A stretch of DNA of 64,000 nucleotides from Planctomycetota bacterium (GCA_020425605.1 JAGQRH010000005.1:75850-139849); one strand, 5' to 3'; positions 44,498-54,779 are shown, counted from the stretch's first letter. Numbers and translations: made by a program. The notes: generated by a model from the letters alone, not told the origin.

Positions 44498-45375
44498 TGC
44501 GCTTCTTTGCCTTTGAAGTGGACGGTGACTCGCGACTCGGCGTTGAGCGTGACGGCGTGCAGCATGACATTACGCGCGGCGCGGTGCGTGATTTCGGGAA
44601 GCGCCTGCTGATTGAGTTCATCGCCTCCGACGAGCTGGATGCCTTGATCAGCAGTGTCGAAGGGCAGTCAGTTCTGATTGAAGAAATGCCGACGCACTTC
44701 AACTGGCTTCCGCCGATCCCGCGACCGGGCAAGATCCTGGCCATGGTGCAGAACTATCGCAAGCACGCGGCCGAGTTCGGCAACGAAGCGCCGCCAGCAC
44801 CGGTCTGGTTCGGCAAGATTTCCAGCTCATTGACCGGCCACCTGACCGACATCCGCATACCGCACTGGGTGGACGGCCGGGTGGACCATGAAGTCGAGCT
44901 TGCCGTCGTGATTGGAGGGCGGGCCAAGGAAGTGCTGCAGGATGGCGCGCTCGCGTTTGTCGCTGGCTATACGATCGCGAACGACATGAGCGCGAGGCGG
45001 ATTCAGAAGGACGACCGCGAGAACAAGCACCCGTGGCTGCGCTGCAAGAACTTCGACACATTCACGCCGATGGGGCCGTACTTTGTTCCCGCGCGCTATG
45101 TGCCGGACCCGCAAGTGTTGTCGATCAGGTGTCGCGTGAACGGTGAGACACGTCAGAACGCCACCACGGCCGACATGGTTCACCCGGTAAACAAGATCAT
45201 CGCGGAGATGTCGCGCTGGATGACGCTGGAGCCGGGCGACGTTATCTGTACGGGCACACCGGAGGGGGTCTACAACCTCCGCGACGGTGACCTGTGCGAG
45301 TGCGAGATCGCAGGGCTGGGCACCCTGCGCAATCCGGTGCAAAGACCGACGGGGCAGTCTGGCGGAGTGAGTTGA
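44497..45375 (+). CDS. fumarylacetoacetate hydrolase (FAH) family protein
   Basis: Start moved to ATG 44497 (TGATG overlap with coaB). HEVELAVVIG, ANDMSARR, ICTGTPEGV. Confidence 0.85.
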   Translation: MRFFAFEVDGDSRLGVERDGVQHDITRGAVRDFGKRLLIEFIASDELDALISSVEGQSVLIEEMPTHFNWLPPIPRPGKILAMVQNYRKHAAEFGNEAPPAPVWFGKISSSLTGHLTDIRIPHWVDGRVDHEVELAVVIGGRAKEVLQDGALAFVAGYTIANDMSARRIQKDDRENKHPWLRCKNFDTFTPMGPYFVPARYVPDPQVLSIRCRVNGETRQNATTADMVHPVNKIIAEMSRWMTLEPGDVICTGTPEGVYNLRDGDLCECEIAGLGTLRNPVQRPTGQSGGVS

Positions 45376-46400
45376 TCGACACAGGGTTTCGTGACTACGC
45401 CAAAGCGGCCGAGCTGCTGAAGAGCGGCAAACGGTTTGTCATCGGCGGTCATCCCATGATGGATGGCGACGCCATAGGCAGCCTGTTCGCGCTTTACTAC
45501 GCGCTGACGGCGGCCGGACGCGAGTGCCTCGCGGTCACTCAGGACGATGGTCTTGGCAAGTATCAGTTCCTCGACAGCGGCGGGCGCTTGAAGCGACTTG
45601 CTGATCTGCCCGGCGCTTTCGAAGGCTACGACACGTGCATCGTCGTGGACTGCGGCGCGCAGAGCCGTGCCCGCGCGATTCTGGAGCGCCTGGCGCCCGG
45701 CACCAGAATCGTCAATCTCGACCACCATATCGACAACCCGGGGTTTGGTGACGGCGTCGTCGTGATCCCCGACGCCAGCAGCAGCGGTGAAGTTATCTAC
45801 AACGTTTTGAAGACCGCCGGGATTCCGTTGACCAAAGCGGCCGCGGAGGCCCTGTTTACGGCCATCGCGACAGACACCGGCCGTTTCAGCTTCAGCAACA
45901 GTACGCCGGACAGTTTCCGGATCGTGGCGGAGTTGATCGAGCAGTTCGACCTGGACGTCGCTTCACTGGCGGGCCAGATCTATCGGGTGAAGACGCCCCA
46001 GCGGCTGAAGATGGAAGCGATGGTAGCCCAGAGCATCGAAACACGGATGGACGGCAAGGTTGTGATTGCCCGTGTGTCTCGCCGCATGCTTGATGAAACC
46101 GGCTGCACCGAGGCCGAGGCGAACGAGATGATCGTGATTCCCAAGTCGCTGAAGGGGAGCATGGTTTGCATCCTGTTCCGCGAAATGGGGCCACTTGAGC
46201 TGAAGGTAAGTCTGCGTAGCGAGGGGCAGATGGCAGTCAACGACATCGCCGCACAATTCAACGGTGGGGGACACCTGCGGGCTGCCGGGCTGCAGGTTCA
46301 CGGACGTCCGGTCGCAGAAGCCGAATCAGAAATCGTGGAGGCCGTCACGTCAGCCCTTGAGTCCACGTTGAAGGAAACTGGCGGCAAGATCATTGTCTGA
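45372..46400 (+). CDS. nrnA: DHH/DHHA1 phosphoesterase (NrnA-like oligoribonuclease/pAp phosphatase)
   Basis: TTG 45372 overlaps the FAH stop. GHPMMDGDAIGS, VVDCG, LDHHIDN, GGGHLRAAG. Confidence 0.8.
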   Translation: MIDTGFRDYAKAAELLKSGKRFVIGGHPMMDGDAIGSLFALYYALTAAGRECLAVTQDDGLGKYQFLDSGGRLKRLADLPGAFEGYDTCIVVDCGAQSRARAILERLAPGTRIVNLDHHIDNPGFGDGVVVIPDASSSGEVIYNVLKTAGIPLTKAAAEALFTAIATDTGRFSFSNSTPDSFRIVAELIEQFDLDVASLAGQIYRVKTPQRLKMEAMVAQSIETRMDGKVVIARVSRRMLDETGCTEAEANEMIVIPKSLKGSMVCILFREMGPLELKVSLRSEGQMAVNDIAAQFNGGGHLRAAGLQVHGRPVAEAESEIVEAVTSALESTLKETGGKIIV

Positions 46401-46446
46401 GCTTTCCACACCCTTGCTTGTCGCCTGCTGCAGGTAGACTCGCAGC

Positions 46447-47268
46447 ATGCCCAGATCCCGTTCCGATCTTGCACGTCAGCTTCGCGGCCATGTGGAACTG
46501 TTGGCTGCGGGCGGCATGCGTGAAGTCGGACTCAGTCCGGAGGCACGCAAGATGTCGCCCAAACCTCGCCCAAAGAAGTCCGCGGCGGCAAAGCCGGGAG
46601 CCGTACCTGCGAAGAACGCGTCGGCTGTGGGGTTCAAGCCCGTGATTGTCTCTTCCGTTGCGCTCGAAGAGTTGCAGGACTTCGACAGTGAACCATCTCG
46701 CGCCCTGCAACCAGTAGCCGAGGAAGTGCGCGTCTGCGGCAAGTGCAAGCTGTGTGAGTCACGAACGCAGACAGTCTTTGGAACAGGCGACCCGCGCTCG
46801 CCACTGATGGTGATCGGCGAAGCGCCCGGCGGCGACGAGGACGTGAAGGGGAAGCCCTTCGTCGGCCGTGCAGGCAAGCTGCTGACGGACATCATCGAAA
46901 AGGGCATGAAGTACAAGCGCGAGCACGTGTACATCGCCAACGTGCTGAAATGCCGCCCGCCGGGGAACCGCAACCCGGAGCCTGAGGAAATTGAGGCTTG
47001 CCGCAGCTATCTCGAGCGCCAGATTGAGATCATCCAGCCGAAGGTGATCCTCGCCGTAGGCCTGTTCCCGGCGCAGTGGATGACCGGCAAGAAGATCGCC
47101 ATCGGTAAGCTGCGCGGGCAGGTGCATGAGGTCAATGGGCGCAAGGTCATCTGCACCTACCACCCCGCCTATGTTTTGCGCAATTACACCGTCGAGACTC
47201 GCAAGAAGGTGCACGAGGACGTCTTGCTCGCCGTGGAGCTGCTTGGCCCCGGGCCGCTTGTCAGTTAG
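46447..47268 (+). CDS. family-4 uracil-DNA glycosylase with basic N-terminal extension
   Basis: [54 protein letters not shown]. Confidence 0.85.
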   Translation: MPRSRSDLARQLRGHVELLAAGGMREVGLSPEARKMSPKPRPKKSAAAKPGAVPAKNASAVGFKPVIVSSVALEELQDFDSEPSRALQPVAEEVRVCGKCKLCESRTQTVFGTGDPRSPLMVIGEAPGGDEDVKGKPFVGRAGKLLTDIIEKGMKYKREHVYIANVLKCRPPGNRNPEPEEIEACRSYLERQIEIIQPKVILAVGLFPAQWMTGKKIAIGKLRGQVHEVNGRKVICTYHPAYVLRNYTVETRKKVHEDVLLAVELLGPGPLVS

Positions 47269-47357
47269 CGCAAACGCAGCGTGGGGGTAGTCGTTTCAAC
47301 TGACATCTGCGGCGCGGCGATTACGGCCACGCCGGGTTCCCTAAGAGAGGAGCGATT

Positions 47358-48215
47358 ATGTCGCATAGTGTCCGCATGGTTGCGGCGATCATCGCCGTTA
47401 CGTTATTCGGGCTGACATTCGCCGGTGGCCAGGCGAAGGGTGGTGACAAGGAGGGCGACAAGCTCGGCAAGCCAGATGAAGCCGGCAAGTTGGTCATGCG
47501 CGGGACAATGGAAGACGTGCCGCTCAGCGAATTGGTCCAGCTGTATTCGACCTACAGCGGGCGCGCATTGGTATATGACCCAAAGAAGATGAGCGGCAGC
47601 GTTACATTCGTTGCCCCGCATGACGGCACAAGCCCCACGGCCGAGGACGCTCTCCGCGGCGCTCTCAATCAGTTCCGACTCACATTGGTCTCGCAGGGAC
47701 CGTTCGATGAAATTGTGCCAATGGCGGAGATGTGCACCATGGCCGAAGTTGTCACTCGAGAAGAGCTGAGGGATATGCCTGCGCTGCGGCCGGTTCGCAC
47801 TGTGGTTCAACTTCGCAACGTAGACGCAGGTGTGGCACGCGCTGCCCTTCAGAACCTGCTGTCACGCCAGGGTGGAACCGTCAATCCGGTCGAGTCCATA
47901 GAGAATGGCAAACTTTCGAACGCTGTAATCGTCTGCGACTTCGCAAAGAACGTGCGAGACATGCTAAAGGTCCTTGATGCGCTCGATGGTGATTCTTCCG
48001 TTGAAAGCAGGGTGATCCGCCTCAAACACGTCAAAGTTGAGGACATATTCACCGCTGTTCAGACTGCGAGCAGGTATTCCGGCGGAGTATCTTCCAACCA
48101 GATGACCGTCGGCACGTCGCCGAGTTTGAACGCATTGGTGATCACAGGCGCAGCAGGCTCGGTTGACCGTGTTGCCCAGGTTGTCGCCCAGCTCGATGTT
48201 GAGTCAGGTAACTGA
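47358..48215 (+). CDS. secretin N-terminal-domain protein (N0 + 2x Secretin_N) lacking the beta-barrel
   Basis: Signal peptide. N0-like MEDVPLSELVQLYSTYSGRALVYDPK...VTFVAP. Two repeats end NAVIVCDFAKNVRDMLKVLDALD and NALVITGAAGSVDRVAQVVAQLD. Real stop at 285 aa. Confidence 0.6.
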   Translation: MSHSVRMVAAIIAVTLFGLTFAGGQAKGGDKEGDKLGKPDEAGKLVMRGTMEDVPLSELVQLYSTYSGRALVYDPKKMSGSVTFVAPHDGTSPTAEDALRGALNQFRLTLVSQGPFDEIVPMAEMCTMAEVVTREELRDMPALRPVRTVVQLRNVDAGVARAALQNLLSRQGGTVNPVESIENGKLSNAVIVCDFAKNVRDMLKVLDALDGDSSVESRVIRLKHVKVEDIFTAVQTASRYSGGVSSNQMTVGTSPSLNALVITGAAGSVDRVAQVVAQLDVESGN

Positions 48216-48252
48216 TGGTTGCAGTGTCGGCCGCGTCCACTACAACGGCGGC

Positions 48253-48393
48253 ATGAGAATCGTAGAAATCGCATTCTTCTCGGCGGCGGCGATCATGGGC
48301 GTGATCACCGCCGTTGCAGTTTTCACGCTGATCAAGCGCGTTGAGCGCGATAAGAAGGCTTCGGACGCAGCGGAAAAAGAGGCTACTCGTTGA
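48253..48393 (+). CDS. small membrane protein (46 aa)
   Basis: ORF 48163..48393 trimmed to ATG 48253. One TM (IAFFSAAAIMGVITAVAVFTLI). Confidence 0.35.
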   Translation: MRIVEIAFFSAAAIMGVITAVAVFTLIKRVERDKKASDAAEKEATR

Positions 48394-48943
48394 AGATCTG
48401 GGCAGTGAACGTGTAGATATCGGTGGACGTTTCTTTCCACGCGTCCTTCGGCAGTGCGGCCTTGCGGCAGGTTTCGGCCAGGAATTCTTCCCGACCCCAG
48501 CCCCACTCGACGGCCACTTGCGGTAGCAGCACACCTGAGAAGTGCCCGCTGCGAATCAGCAGCCCATGCAGACCGGGAGTCACGTCCCTCGCGTGCGTCT
48601 TCTTCATCGGCGACAGCACGCTGATTTCATACTTCAGCCCGGCCAGCTCGGGTTCGCGGACAGGGTCAAAGCGTGGGTCACGCGTCCCGGCCGAGATTCC
48701 CAGGTCGATCAGCAAGTCGCCCAGCGGCCCGTCGCCGATCATGTGACCGATGCACCCTCTAAGCGCGCCGCTGCTTTCATGAATCGTTACAAACGCGCCG
48801 AATGGTTCCGCTAGCCCGCCAGTGAACGCCTCCGGATGCTGCAGGCGACGCCCGGTGCGTACGAACGTTTCCAGGCTACGCCGGGCGAGTTTCAGGCCTT
48901 CGCGCCCTTCGGCTTCTGTCAGTGGGTCTGTCACGTTCGTCAT
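48383..48943 (-). CDS. AMMECR1-domain protein (AmmeMemoRadiSam system protein A-like)
   Basis: FGAFVTIHESSGALRGCIGH, TRDPRF. Confidence 0.85.
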   Translation of the reverse strand: MTNVTDPLTEAEGREGLKLARRSLETFVRTGRRLQHPEAFTGGLAEPFGAFVTIHESSGALRGCIGHMIGDGPLGDLLIDLGISAGTRDPRFDPVREPELAGLKYEISVLSPMKKTHARDVTPGLHGLLIRSGHFSGVLLPQVAVEWGWGREEFLAETCRKAALPKDAWKETSTDIYTFTAQIFNE

Positions 48944-49048
48944 TCACATTGTCCTTGCCGTTTTTGCCCGGGCGAATATGCTCCGGACCTTCGCATCATA
49001 GGGCGCACCGTTTGGCGCCGAAAGCACGCCGCAAGCCCAGAGAGAGAC

Positions 49049-49798
49049 ATGGACATCATCGTTTGCATTCGCCGTGCGCCTACCACCGATGCCCGCATCA
49101 AGCCGGGCGCTGACGGCAAAACCTACGATCCTGCAGGCGTAAACTTCGATATCAGCGAATATGACAAGTTCGCGATCGAGGCAGGTATTGCGCTGAAGGA
49201 AAAACATAGCGGCCAGGTCACGATTGTTTCGGTCGGGCCTTCCGCGGCCACAAAGGAGCTTCGTACCGCCATCGCGATGGGTTGCGACGCGGCGCATCTT
49301 CTCGTGAGCGACGCACAGCATGATTCCTACGCGCTGGCTCAGGTCCTTGCGGGCAAGATCAAGGAGCTGCCGCATGACATCGTTCTGTTCGGCTGGGCTT
49401 CTGTTGACGGTCAGTCGGCTTCCACGGGGCAGATGGTGGCGGAAATGCTGGGACTGCCCAGTGTCAGCGTCGCGGTTGCACTGGAAGTTGTAGACGGCAA
49501 GGCCAGCGTGGACCGCGTCGCGGCGCACGGCAATCGCGAGCGCTATGAGATCAATCTTCCGGCGGTCGTCACCTGCACCAAAGGGCTGAACAAGCCCCGC
49601 AGCGCGAACATGAAGGGCATCATGGCGGCCAAGAAGACGGCCGTCCCGGAAACACCGGCCAATGCCCCGGCCGACGGAGTTGCGGTCGTGAAGATGGACC
49701 CGCCGCCGCCCCGCGCGGAAGGCAAGATCGTCGGCAAGGGCGCTGAGGCTGTCGGAGCGCTGGTGAAGGCGCTGCGCGAAGAGGCCAAGGTAATCTGA
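49049..49798 (+). CDS. etfB: electron transfer flavoprotein beta subunit
   Basis: Start moved to ATG 49049 (MDIIVCIRRAP). EYDKFAIEAG, VSVGP, DIVLFGWASVDGQS. Confidence 0.9.
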   Translation: MDIIVCIRRAPTTDARIKPGADGKTYDPAGVNFDISEYDKFAIEAGIALKEKHSGQVTIVSVGPSAATKELRTAIAMGCDAAHLLVSDAQHDSYALAQVLAGKIKELPHDIVLFGWASVDGQSASTGQMVAEMLGLPSVSVAVALEVVDGKASVDRVAAHGNRERYEINLPAVVTCTKGLNKPRSANMKGIMAAKKTAVPETPANAPADGVAVVKMDPPPPRAEGKIVGKGAEAVGALVKALREEAKVI

Positions 49799-49819
49799 GC
49801 AGTATTGAGGAAGAGCAGC

Positions 49820-50800
49820 ATGCCGAATGACGTACTGGTGTTCGTGGAATTCGCGGATGGCTCGCCAACCAAGGCAGGTCTGCAGGCGCTTGGCGCCGGC
49901 AGCAAGCTTGCGACGGAACTTGGCGGACAGGCCATCGCGTTGGTTATCGGTAGCGCGACGGCCGAGTTAGGCAAGCATGGGGCATCGCGCATGCTCGTTG
50001 CCGGCGGCGACGCGGTAGCGAGTTACAGCCCGGACGGTTTTGCCCGCATTGTTTCCGAGCAGGCGGCGGCAACAGGTGCGGCCGCAGTGCTCGCCAGTGC
50101 AACACCGATGGGCAAGGACTTCATGGCCCGTGCGGCGGCGATGTCGAAGTGCGGACTTGCGGCAGACTGCACCGAGTTGAAGTCCGAGGGCGGCAAGCCC
50201 CGCGCTGTCCGGCCTGTTTACGCAGGCAAGGCTCTGCAGACTGTAGAAGCGCCGGGGCCCCTGTGGGCCACACTGCGCCCGAATGTGTTCGCCGAAGTTT
50301 CCAGTGACAACGCAGCCGCGGCTGAGACTGTCGCGGTTTCGTTTGGTCCCGGCGACCTGAAGGCGGTTGTTAAGGAAATTCTCGCCGGAGTGAAGGGCAA
50401 GCTGGACGTCGCAGAGGCCGAGATTGTGGTCAGCGGCGGCCGTGGACTGAAGGATCCGGCCGGTGAGGGCAAGCAGAACTGGGAGAACCTGGAGAAGCTT
50501 GCGGAGCAACTCGGTGCAGCAACCGGTGCGTCGCGTGCGGTGGTAGATGCAGGTTGGCGCCCACACGGTGAGCAGGTCGGCCAGACTGGCAAAACCGTCA
50601 GTCCCAAGCTCTATGTTGCCTGCGGGATATCGGGTGCGATCCAGCACCTCGCAGGAATGAGCGGTAGCAAGGTGATCGTCGCAATCAACAAGGATGAAAA
50701 CGCGCCGATCTTCAAGGTGGCGGACTTCGGCATAGTCGGCATGGTCGAAGATGTCGTGCCTGCGCTGACTGCTGCGCTCAAAGAAGCAATGGGCAGCTAG
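49820..50800 (+). CDS. etfA: electron transfer flavoprotein alpha subunit
   Basis: ATG 49820. C-terminal FAD site VVSGGRGL...[16 protein letters not shown]...[13 protein letters not shown]. Confidence 0.9.
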   Translation: MPNDVLVFVEFADGSPTKAGLQALGAGSKLATELGGQAIALVIGSATAELGKHGASRMLVAGGDAVASYSPDGFARIVSEQAAATGAAAVLASATPMGKDFMARAAAMSKCGLAADCTELKSEGGKPRAVRPVYAGKALQTVEAPGPLWATLRPNVFAEVSSDNAAAAETVAVSFGPGDLKAVVKEILAGVKGKLDVAEAEIVVSGGRGLKDPAGEGKQNWENLEKLAEQLGAATGASRAVVDAGWRPHGEQVGQTGKTVSPKLYVACGISGAIQHLAGMSGSKVIVAINKDENAPIFKVADFGIVGMVEDVVPALTAALKEAMGS

Positions 50801-51222
50801 TTTCCCAAAATTCACTTGAGTCGCATCCGCCCCATTGACCATGGGCGCGTGGGTGATTGTCGACCACTTATCCACAAAGCATGGGGAAAATGGGTTTGGG
50901 TGTGTCGGAATGCTTCAATGTGAAGAACGTCCGCAAGTTACAAGCTATACTTTATAAAGTGCGTCGCTACCAACACACCCTAACTCTCGTCGAGTTTGTA
51001 TGTTAGCGCCCACCATGACTCAGATCGCCTCGGCGTCCCTAAGCGCGTCTTCTTCGCCCCATCTTTGCATACCCCCTTGGAATTGGGCATCCGACGCACT
51101 GACTGACACCTTCTCCACATTCTCTGTGGGAAGAACGGGGTTGCTTTCTGACACACCCAAAGTCGCTTGTGCAAGGCTTCACGGACGATAACCTGACCGC
51201 TCGCAGGGTCATTGGGGGCAAC

Positions 51223-53511
51223 ATGGCACGCGCAGGCAAGAAACCGAAGTCGCGCAAGACGGCCAGTACCTCTGGCCGTAAGCACGTTTCGAAAAAGCCT
51301 GCCGGCAAGCCAGCAAAGAAATCCTCCGCGAAAAAGCAGGCGAAGAAGGGCACGAAAAAACCCGCAAGGAAGCCTGCCAAAAAGCCCGCAGGCAAATCTG
51401 CCAGCAAGCGCGCAAAGAAAATGGCGAAGAAGAAGTCGTCGCCCAAAACAGCAGCGAAACCCGCAGGCCGCAAAGCCGCCGCCGCACCAAAGAAGAAGTC
51501 TGCATCCAAGAAGTCGCAGGTGACCAAGGTTCGCAAGCGCGGGAGTTCCAAGCCGACAGCCAAGGCGTCCAAGCCGGCAGCGGCAAAGCCTACAGCCCCG
51601 TCGTACGTGCGGTCCGGAATGCGCAGCACCACGGACATCGTGCGCGTGCGCGCCCGTTTCACGGAGCCGCTACGGCGCTTCAGCCCGTATGAGAATCTGC
51701 GCGACCTGATCCAGGGCCAGGCGGAAAAGTACGAGGATCGCACCTTCCTGATCTTTGAAGACGACGGTCGCGAATACAGTTACCGCACGCTCGACACGCA
51801 AACGACGAAAGTCGCGAACGTGCTGCATGACCTTGGAGCACAGAAGGGCGCACGGGTCGTCCTGCTGCTTGAAAACTCGCCGGACTTCGTCTTCGCATTC
51901 CTCGGGGTAATGAAGGGCGGCTTTATCGCCGTCCCGATGAACCTGCGCCTCGAGGACGAGCGCCTCAGGTTTCTTCTGGAAGACTGTGGCGCGAGCACGG
52001 TTATCACCAGCGCCGCGCAATGGGAGCGCATCTCGCCCTTGCTGGGCTCCCTTCCGGGGCTTGCGTCCGTGCTGGTCACAGGCAAGACCGACAAACTGGA
52101 AAGCGTGGGCATTGAGGGCAACCACCTTGTTGAGCACGAAGGTGCGGGCGCGCAATACCGCATCCTGGACTTTCACGGTTGCCTGAACGCCGCCTCCGAC
52201 GAGTTGAAGACGACCAGGCTTGGTTGGTGGGATGAAGCCCAGATCGTCTACACGGGCCACCACCTCGACCAGCCTCGCGGTGCGATCCTGCAGCATCGCC
52301 AATTCATGACATCGGCGCGCTGGCTCGCGATCTGGCTCAACCTTGACTCAATGCAGCGCTTCATGAGTGTTCTGCCGTTGTTCCATGCAAACGCGCAGAT
52401 CGTCACGCTGTTCACGCCTCTGCAGATCGGTGCAAGCGTCGTCTTGTCGCGAGAGTTCAGTGTCTCGCGCGTATGGAAAGCCGTTGAGCGCTACCGGGTT
52501 ACCAGCTTGTCGGCAGTGCCCAGCATGCTCGGCATTCTGACCGATCGTGAACTGTCTGAGGCAAAGGGCGCACGTCCGAGCACTGATTCGAGCTGGCCCG
52601 CCCCGCATGAGAGCCCCGGAACGCTTGCGCAGCGCGACGACCAGGACGCCCGCGAGCGCGGACTGGCGAGGGCGCATGATATCAGCAGCCTTGAACGAGT
52701 CCTTTGCGGCGCAGCACCATTGCCCACGGCCGTTCAGAAGCTCTTTGAGCAAGTCTTCCTGGTACCGGTGATTGAAGGCTACAGCATGGCCGAGACGACC
52801 TGCTTCGCGATGCTGAACCCGGGCAATGGTACTCGCAAACTCGGCTCAGTCGGTGTTGCGGTCGGTGACAAGGTGGCCGTGCAGAGCAACGAGATGCATC
52901 CGCGACCCCTGACCGACGATTGGTTGCCCATGGCGCTGCCCCGTATGAACCCGGCAGTGTTCCCGACAGCAGAAGTTGGAGAACCGGGTGAGATCTGTGT
53001 GTGGGGCGAGAACGTCCTAAAGGAGTACTTCCAGCGCCCCCAGGTGAACCCTGAAGCGTTTGCTGGTGGCTGGTTCCACACCGGTGATATTGGCTACCAG
53101 GACAGCGAGGGCTTTTTCTACGTACTTGGCCTGAGGGGCGAGGAGATCGAACGCGACGGCGTGCGATTCATGCCGCGCGAAGTCGATGAGCAGTTATTCA
53201 CGCACTCGCAGGTTGAGCAGGCCGCCACCGTTGCAGTGGAGGCTTCGTCAGGCTCGACGGCGACAACCTGGATCGTTATGCGCAAGGGCACGTTCCCGGG
53301 CGGGCCCGAAGATGGTCGCTTGCCGAAGGACGATGCGCAGAGCAACGAGATGCGCGAAGAGATCCAGGCCTACCTCTCGCAGAAGCTCTCGGAGAAGAAA
53401 CACCCGACGTCAATCATGTTCGCACGCGAGCTGCCCAGCGACGTTACGGGCAAAACGCGGATCTTCGACCTGAAGCAACTCGCCGCGCGGCAGAATGAGC
53501 AGTCCAAGTAA
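51223..53511 (+). CDS. AMP-dependent acyl-CoA synthetase/ligase with ~125-aa histone-H1-like Lys/Ala/Pro N-terminal tail
   Basis: ATG 51223. KKPAxK-type low-complexity tail. Then an adenylate-forming fold: GYSMAETT (A5), WFHTGDIGYQDSEGFFYVLG (A7), GKTRIFDLK (A10). The A3 P-loop is degenerate (YTGHHLDQPRGA). Confidence 0.8.
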   Translation: MARAGKKPKSRKTASTSGRKHVSKKPAGKPAKKSSAKKQAKKGTKKPARKPAKKPAGKSASKRAKKMAKKKSSPKTAAKPAGRKAAAAPKKKSASKKSQVTKVRKRGSSKPTAKASKPAAAKPTAPSYVRSGMRSTTDIVRVRARFTEPLRRFSPYENLRDLIQGQAEKYEDRTFLIFEDDGREYSYRTLDTQTTKVANVLHDLGAQKGARVVLLLENSPDFVFAFLGVMKGGFIAVPMNLRLEDERLRFLLEDCGASTVITSAAQWERISPLLGSLPGLASVLVTGKTDKLESVGIEGNHLVEHEGAGAQYRILDFHGCLNAASDELKTTRLGWWDEAQIVYTGHHLDQPRGAILQHRQFMTSARWLAIWLNLDSMQRFMSVLPLFHANAQIVTLFTPLQIGASVVLSREFSVSRVWKAVERYRVTSLSAVPSMLGILTDRELSEAKGARPSTDSSWPAPHESPGTLAQRDDQDARERGLARAHDISSLERVLCGAAPLPTAVQKLFEQVFLVPVIEGYSMAETTCFAMLNPGNGTRKLGSVGVAVGDKVAVQSNEMHPRPLTDDWLPMALPRMNPAVFPTAEVGEPGEICVWGENVLKEYFQRPQVNPEAFAGGWFHTGDIGYQDSEGFFYVLGLRGEEIERDGVRFMPREVDEQLFTHSQVEQAATVAVEASSGSTATTWIVMRKGTFPGGPEDGRLPKDDAQSNEMREEIQAYLSQKLSEKKHPTSIMFARELPSDVTGKTRIFDLKQLAARQNEQSK

Positions 53512-53527
53512 CTAGTGCCAAATACGA

Positions 53528-53553
53528 AACCGGCGGCCGCAAGGCCGCCGGTT
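53528..53553. terminator. bidirectional intrinsic terminator
   Basis: AACCGGCGGCC-gcaa-GGCCGCCGGTT. Confidence 0.7.
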
Positions 53554-53567
53554 CGCGTTGCCGCCCC

Positions 53568-54779
53568 TTAGTAGATGGTCTTGATTTCGGAGCCCGGGTA
53601 CATGGTGTGCAGGATGCGGTCGGCGTCCCAGCCTGCTTTGGCCATGCCGCGCGCGCTCCATTGGCACATGCCGCAGCCGTGGCCGTAGCCTTTGCCGGTG
53701 AACTCCCATTCGTCGCCATTCTTCACGGCGGAGAAGTTGGTGCTGAACAGGCCAAGTGCCTGGCGTACAACGAATGCGTCCGCAATTTTGTGATGGCCCG
53801 TGCGATCGTAGAGTTTGATGGTGATCGCATGACCGCTTTCGCTGGTTTCGCCTGCGTCGATACGGATGACATCACTGGGGGAGAGTCCCTTCTCGATGAA
53901 TCGGGCGCGTACCTCTGCCGCGCTCATGGTGACATTCCAAGTGGCCTTGGGACTCTCCTTGTCGAATTCGCCAAGGTCGACACCCATCAACGGCTCAATC
54001 GTTTCCTTGATGCCGAATGCGGTGTACGGGTCGACTGTGTGACCGCCACTGGTGCTGTGGAAGTAGGCCCGGAATCCCTGGCCGTGGTAAGTGAGCACCT
54101 GGCCTGTGGTCTCCTGTCGCGCGGCCAGAACATTGGCCGTCTCGCGCCATAGCTTCGGGTTGTCAGCTGGGCCGATGCCGCCGTACACCTGGTACTGTGT
54201 TGTGTCATCGACGTCCCAGCCGCGGCCTGCGCCACGAGCATGTTCCATCTCAAAGAGCGCGTAGGTGCGTGATGCAACGGCCTGCGCCTTGAGAGCCTCT
54301 ACGGGCCAGCCGGCAATCATCTCCCAGCCGACCACGCCGGCTACATATTGCTCAAGGTCAACGACGTTCACGACTTCCCAGCCGCCGCCGATTGCAACGA
54401 CCCGGAGCTTGCCGCGGTAGATTCTGCCGTCGATGTCAAAGTGAGTCGGGCGTTCCATCGGTTCGATCTCGATACTGGCTGCCGAGCCCAGTTCGCCGGC
54501 CACCACCTTGCCTCCAGCGACGCTCAAGGAGATCTTGCCCTCTGTCTCGACGCGTCGTCCATCGATGGTGACGTAGGCTTTTCCCGCGTCCACCGTGGAC
54601 GTATCTGCCTTGCTGGGTTGCGCCAGCTTGACTCGGATCAGCGGAGCCGCACCATATGTAGGTATCGGCGACAGCAACTCACTTTCGCCCTTGTCACGGG
54701 TGGGCTGTGTGCACGATGCGATCAAGACGGCTAGGATCGAGCTGAACATAAGCGTTGGCAGGGCGTTTACTCGTAACAT
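53568..54779 (-). CDS. SpoIID/LytB-domain lipoprotein (peptidoglycan lytic transglycosylase-like)
   Basis: Start moved to ATG 54779. Lipobox LIASC. AVASRTYAL, YQVYGG, HSTSGGHT, GHGCGMCQWSARGMA. Confidence 0.85.
   Translation of the reverse strand: MLRVNALPTLMFSSILAVLIASCTQPTRDKGESELLSPIPTYGAAPLIRVKLAQPSKADTSTVDAGKAYVTIDGRRVETEGKISLSVAGGKVVAGELGSAASIEIEPMERPTHFDIDGRIYRGKLRVVAIGGGWEVVNVVDLEQYVAGVVGWEMIAGWPVEALKAQAVASRTYALFEMEHARGAGRGWDVDDTTQYQVYGGIGPADNPKLWRETANVLAARQETTGQVLTYHGQGFRAYFHSTSGGHTVDPYTAFGIKETIEPLMGVDLGEFDKESPKATWNVTMSAAEVRARFIEKGLSPSDVIRIDAGETSESGHAITIKLYDRTGHHKIADAFVVRQALGLFSTNFSAVKNGDEWEFTGKGYGHGCGMCQWSARGMAKAGWDADRILHTMYPGSEIKTIY

Noticed and set aside
51039-51743. 234-aa minus-strand ORF opposite the Lys/Ala/Pro tail
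   Set aside because: It is the reverse-complement reading of the AAG/GCC-rich low-complexity region (Phe/Leu/Ala/Gly repeats). The plus-strand reading continues into a recognisable enzyme.
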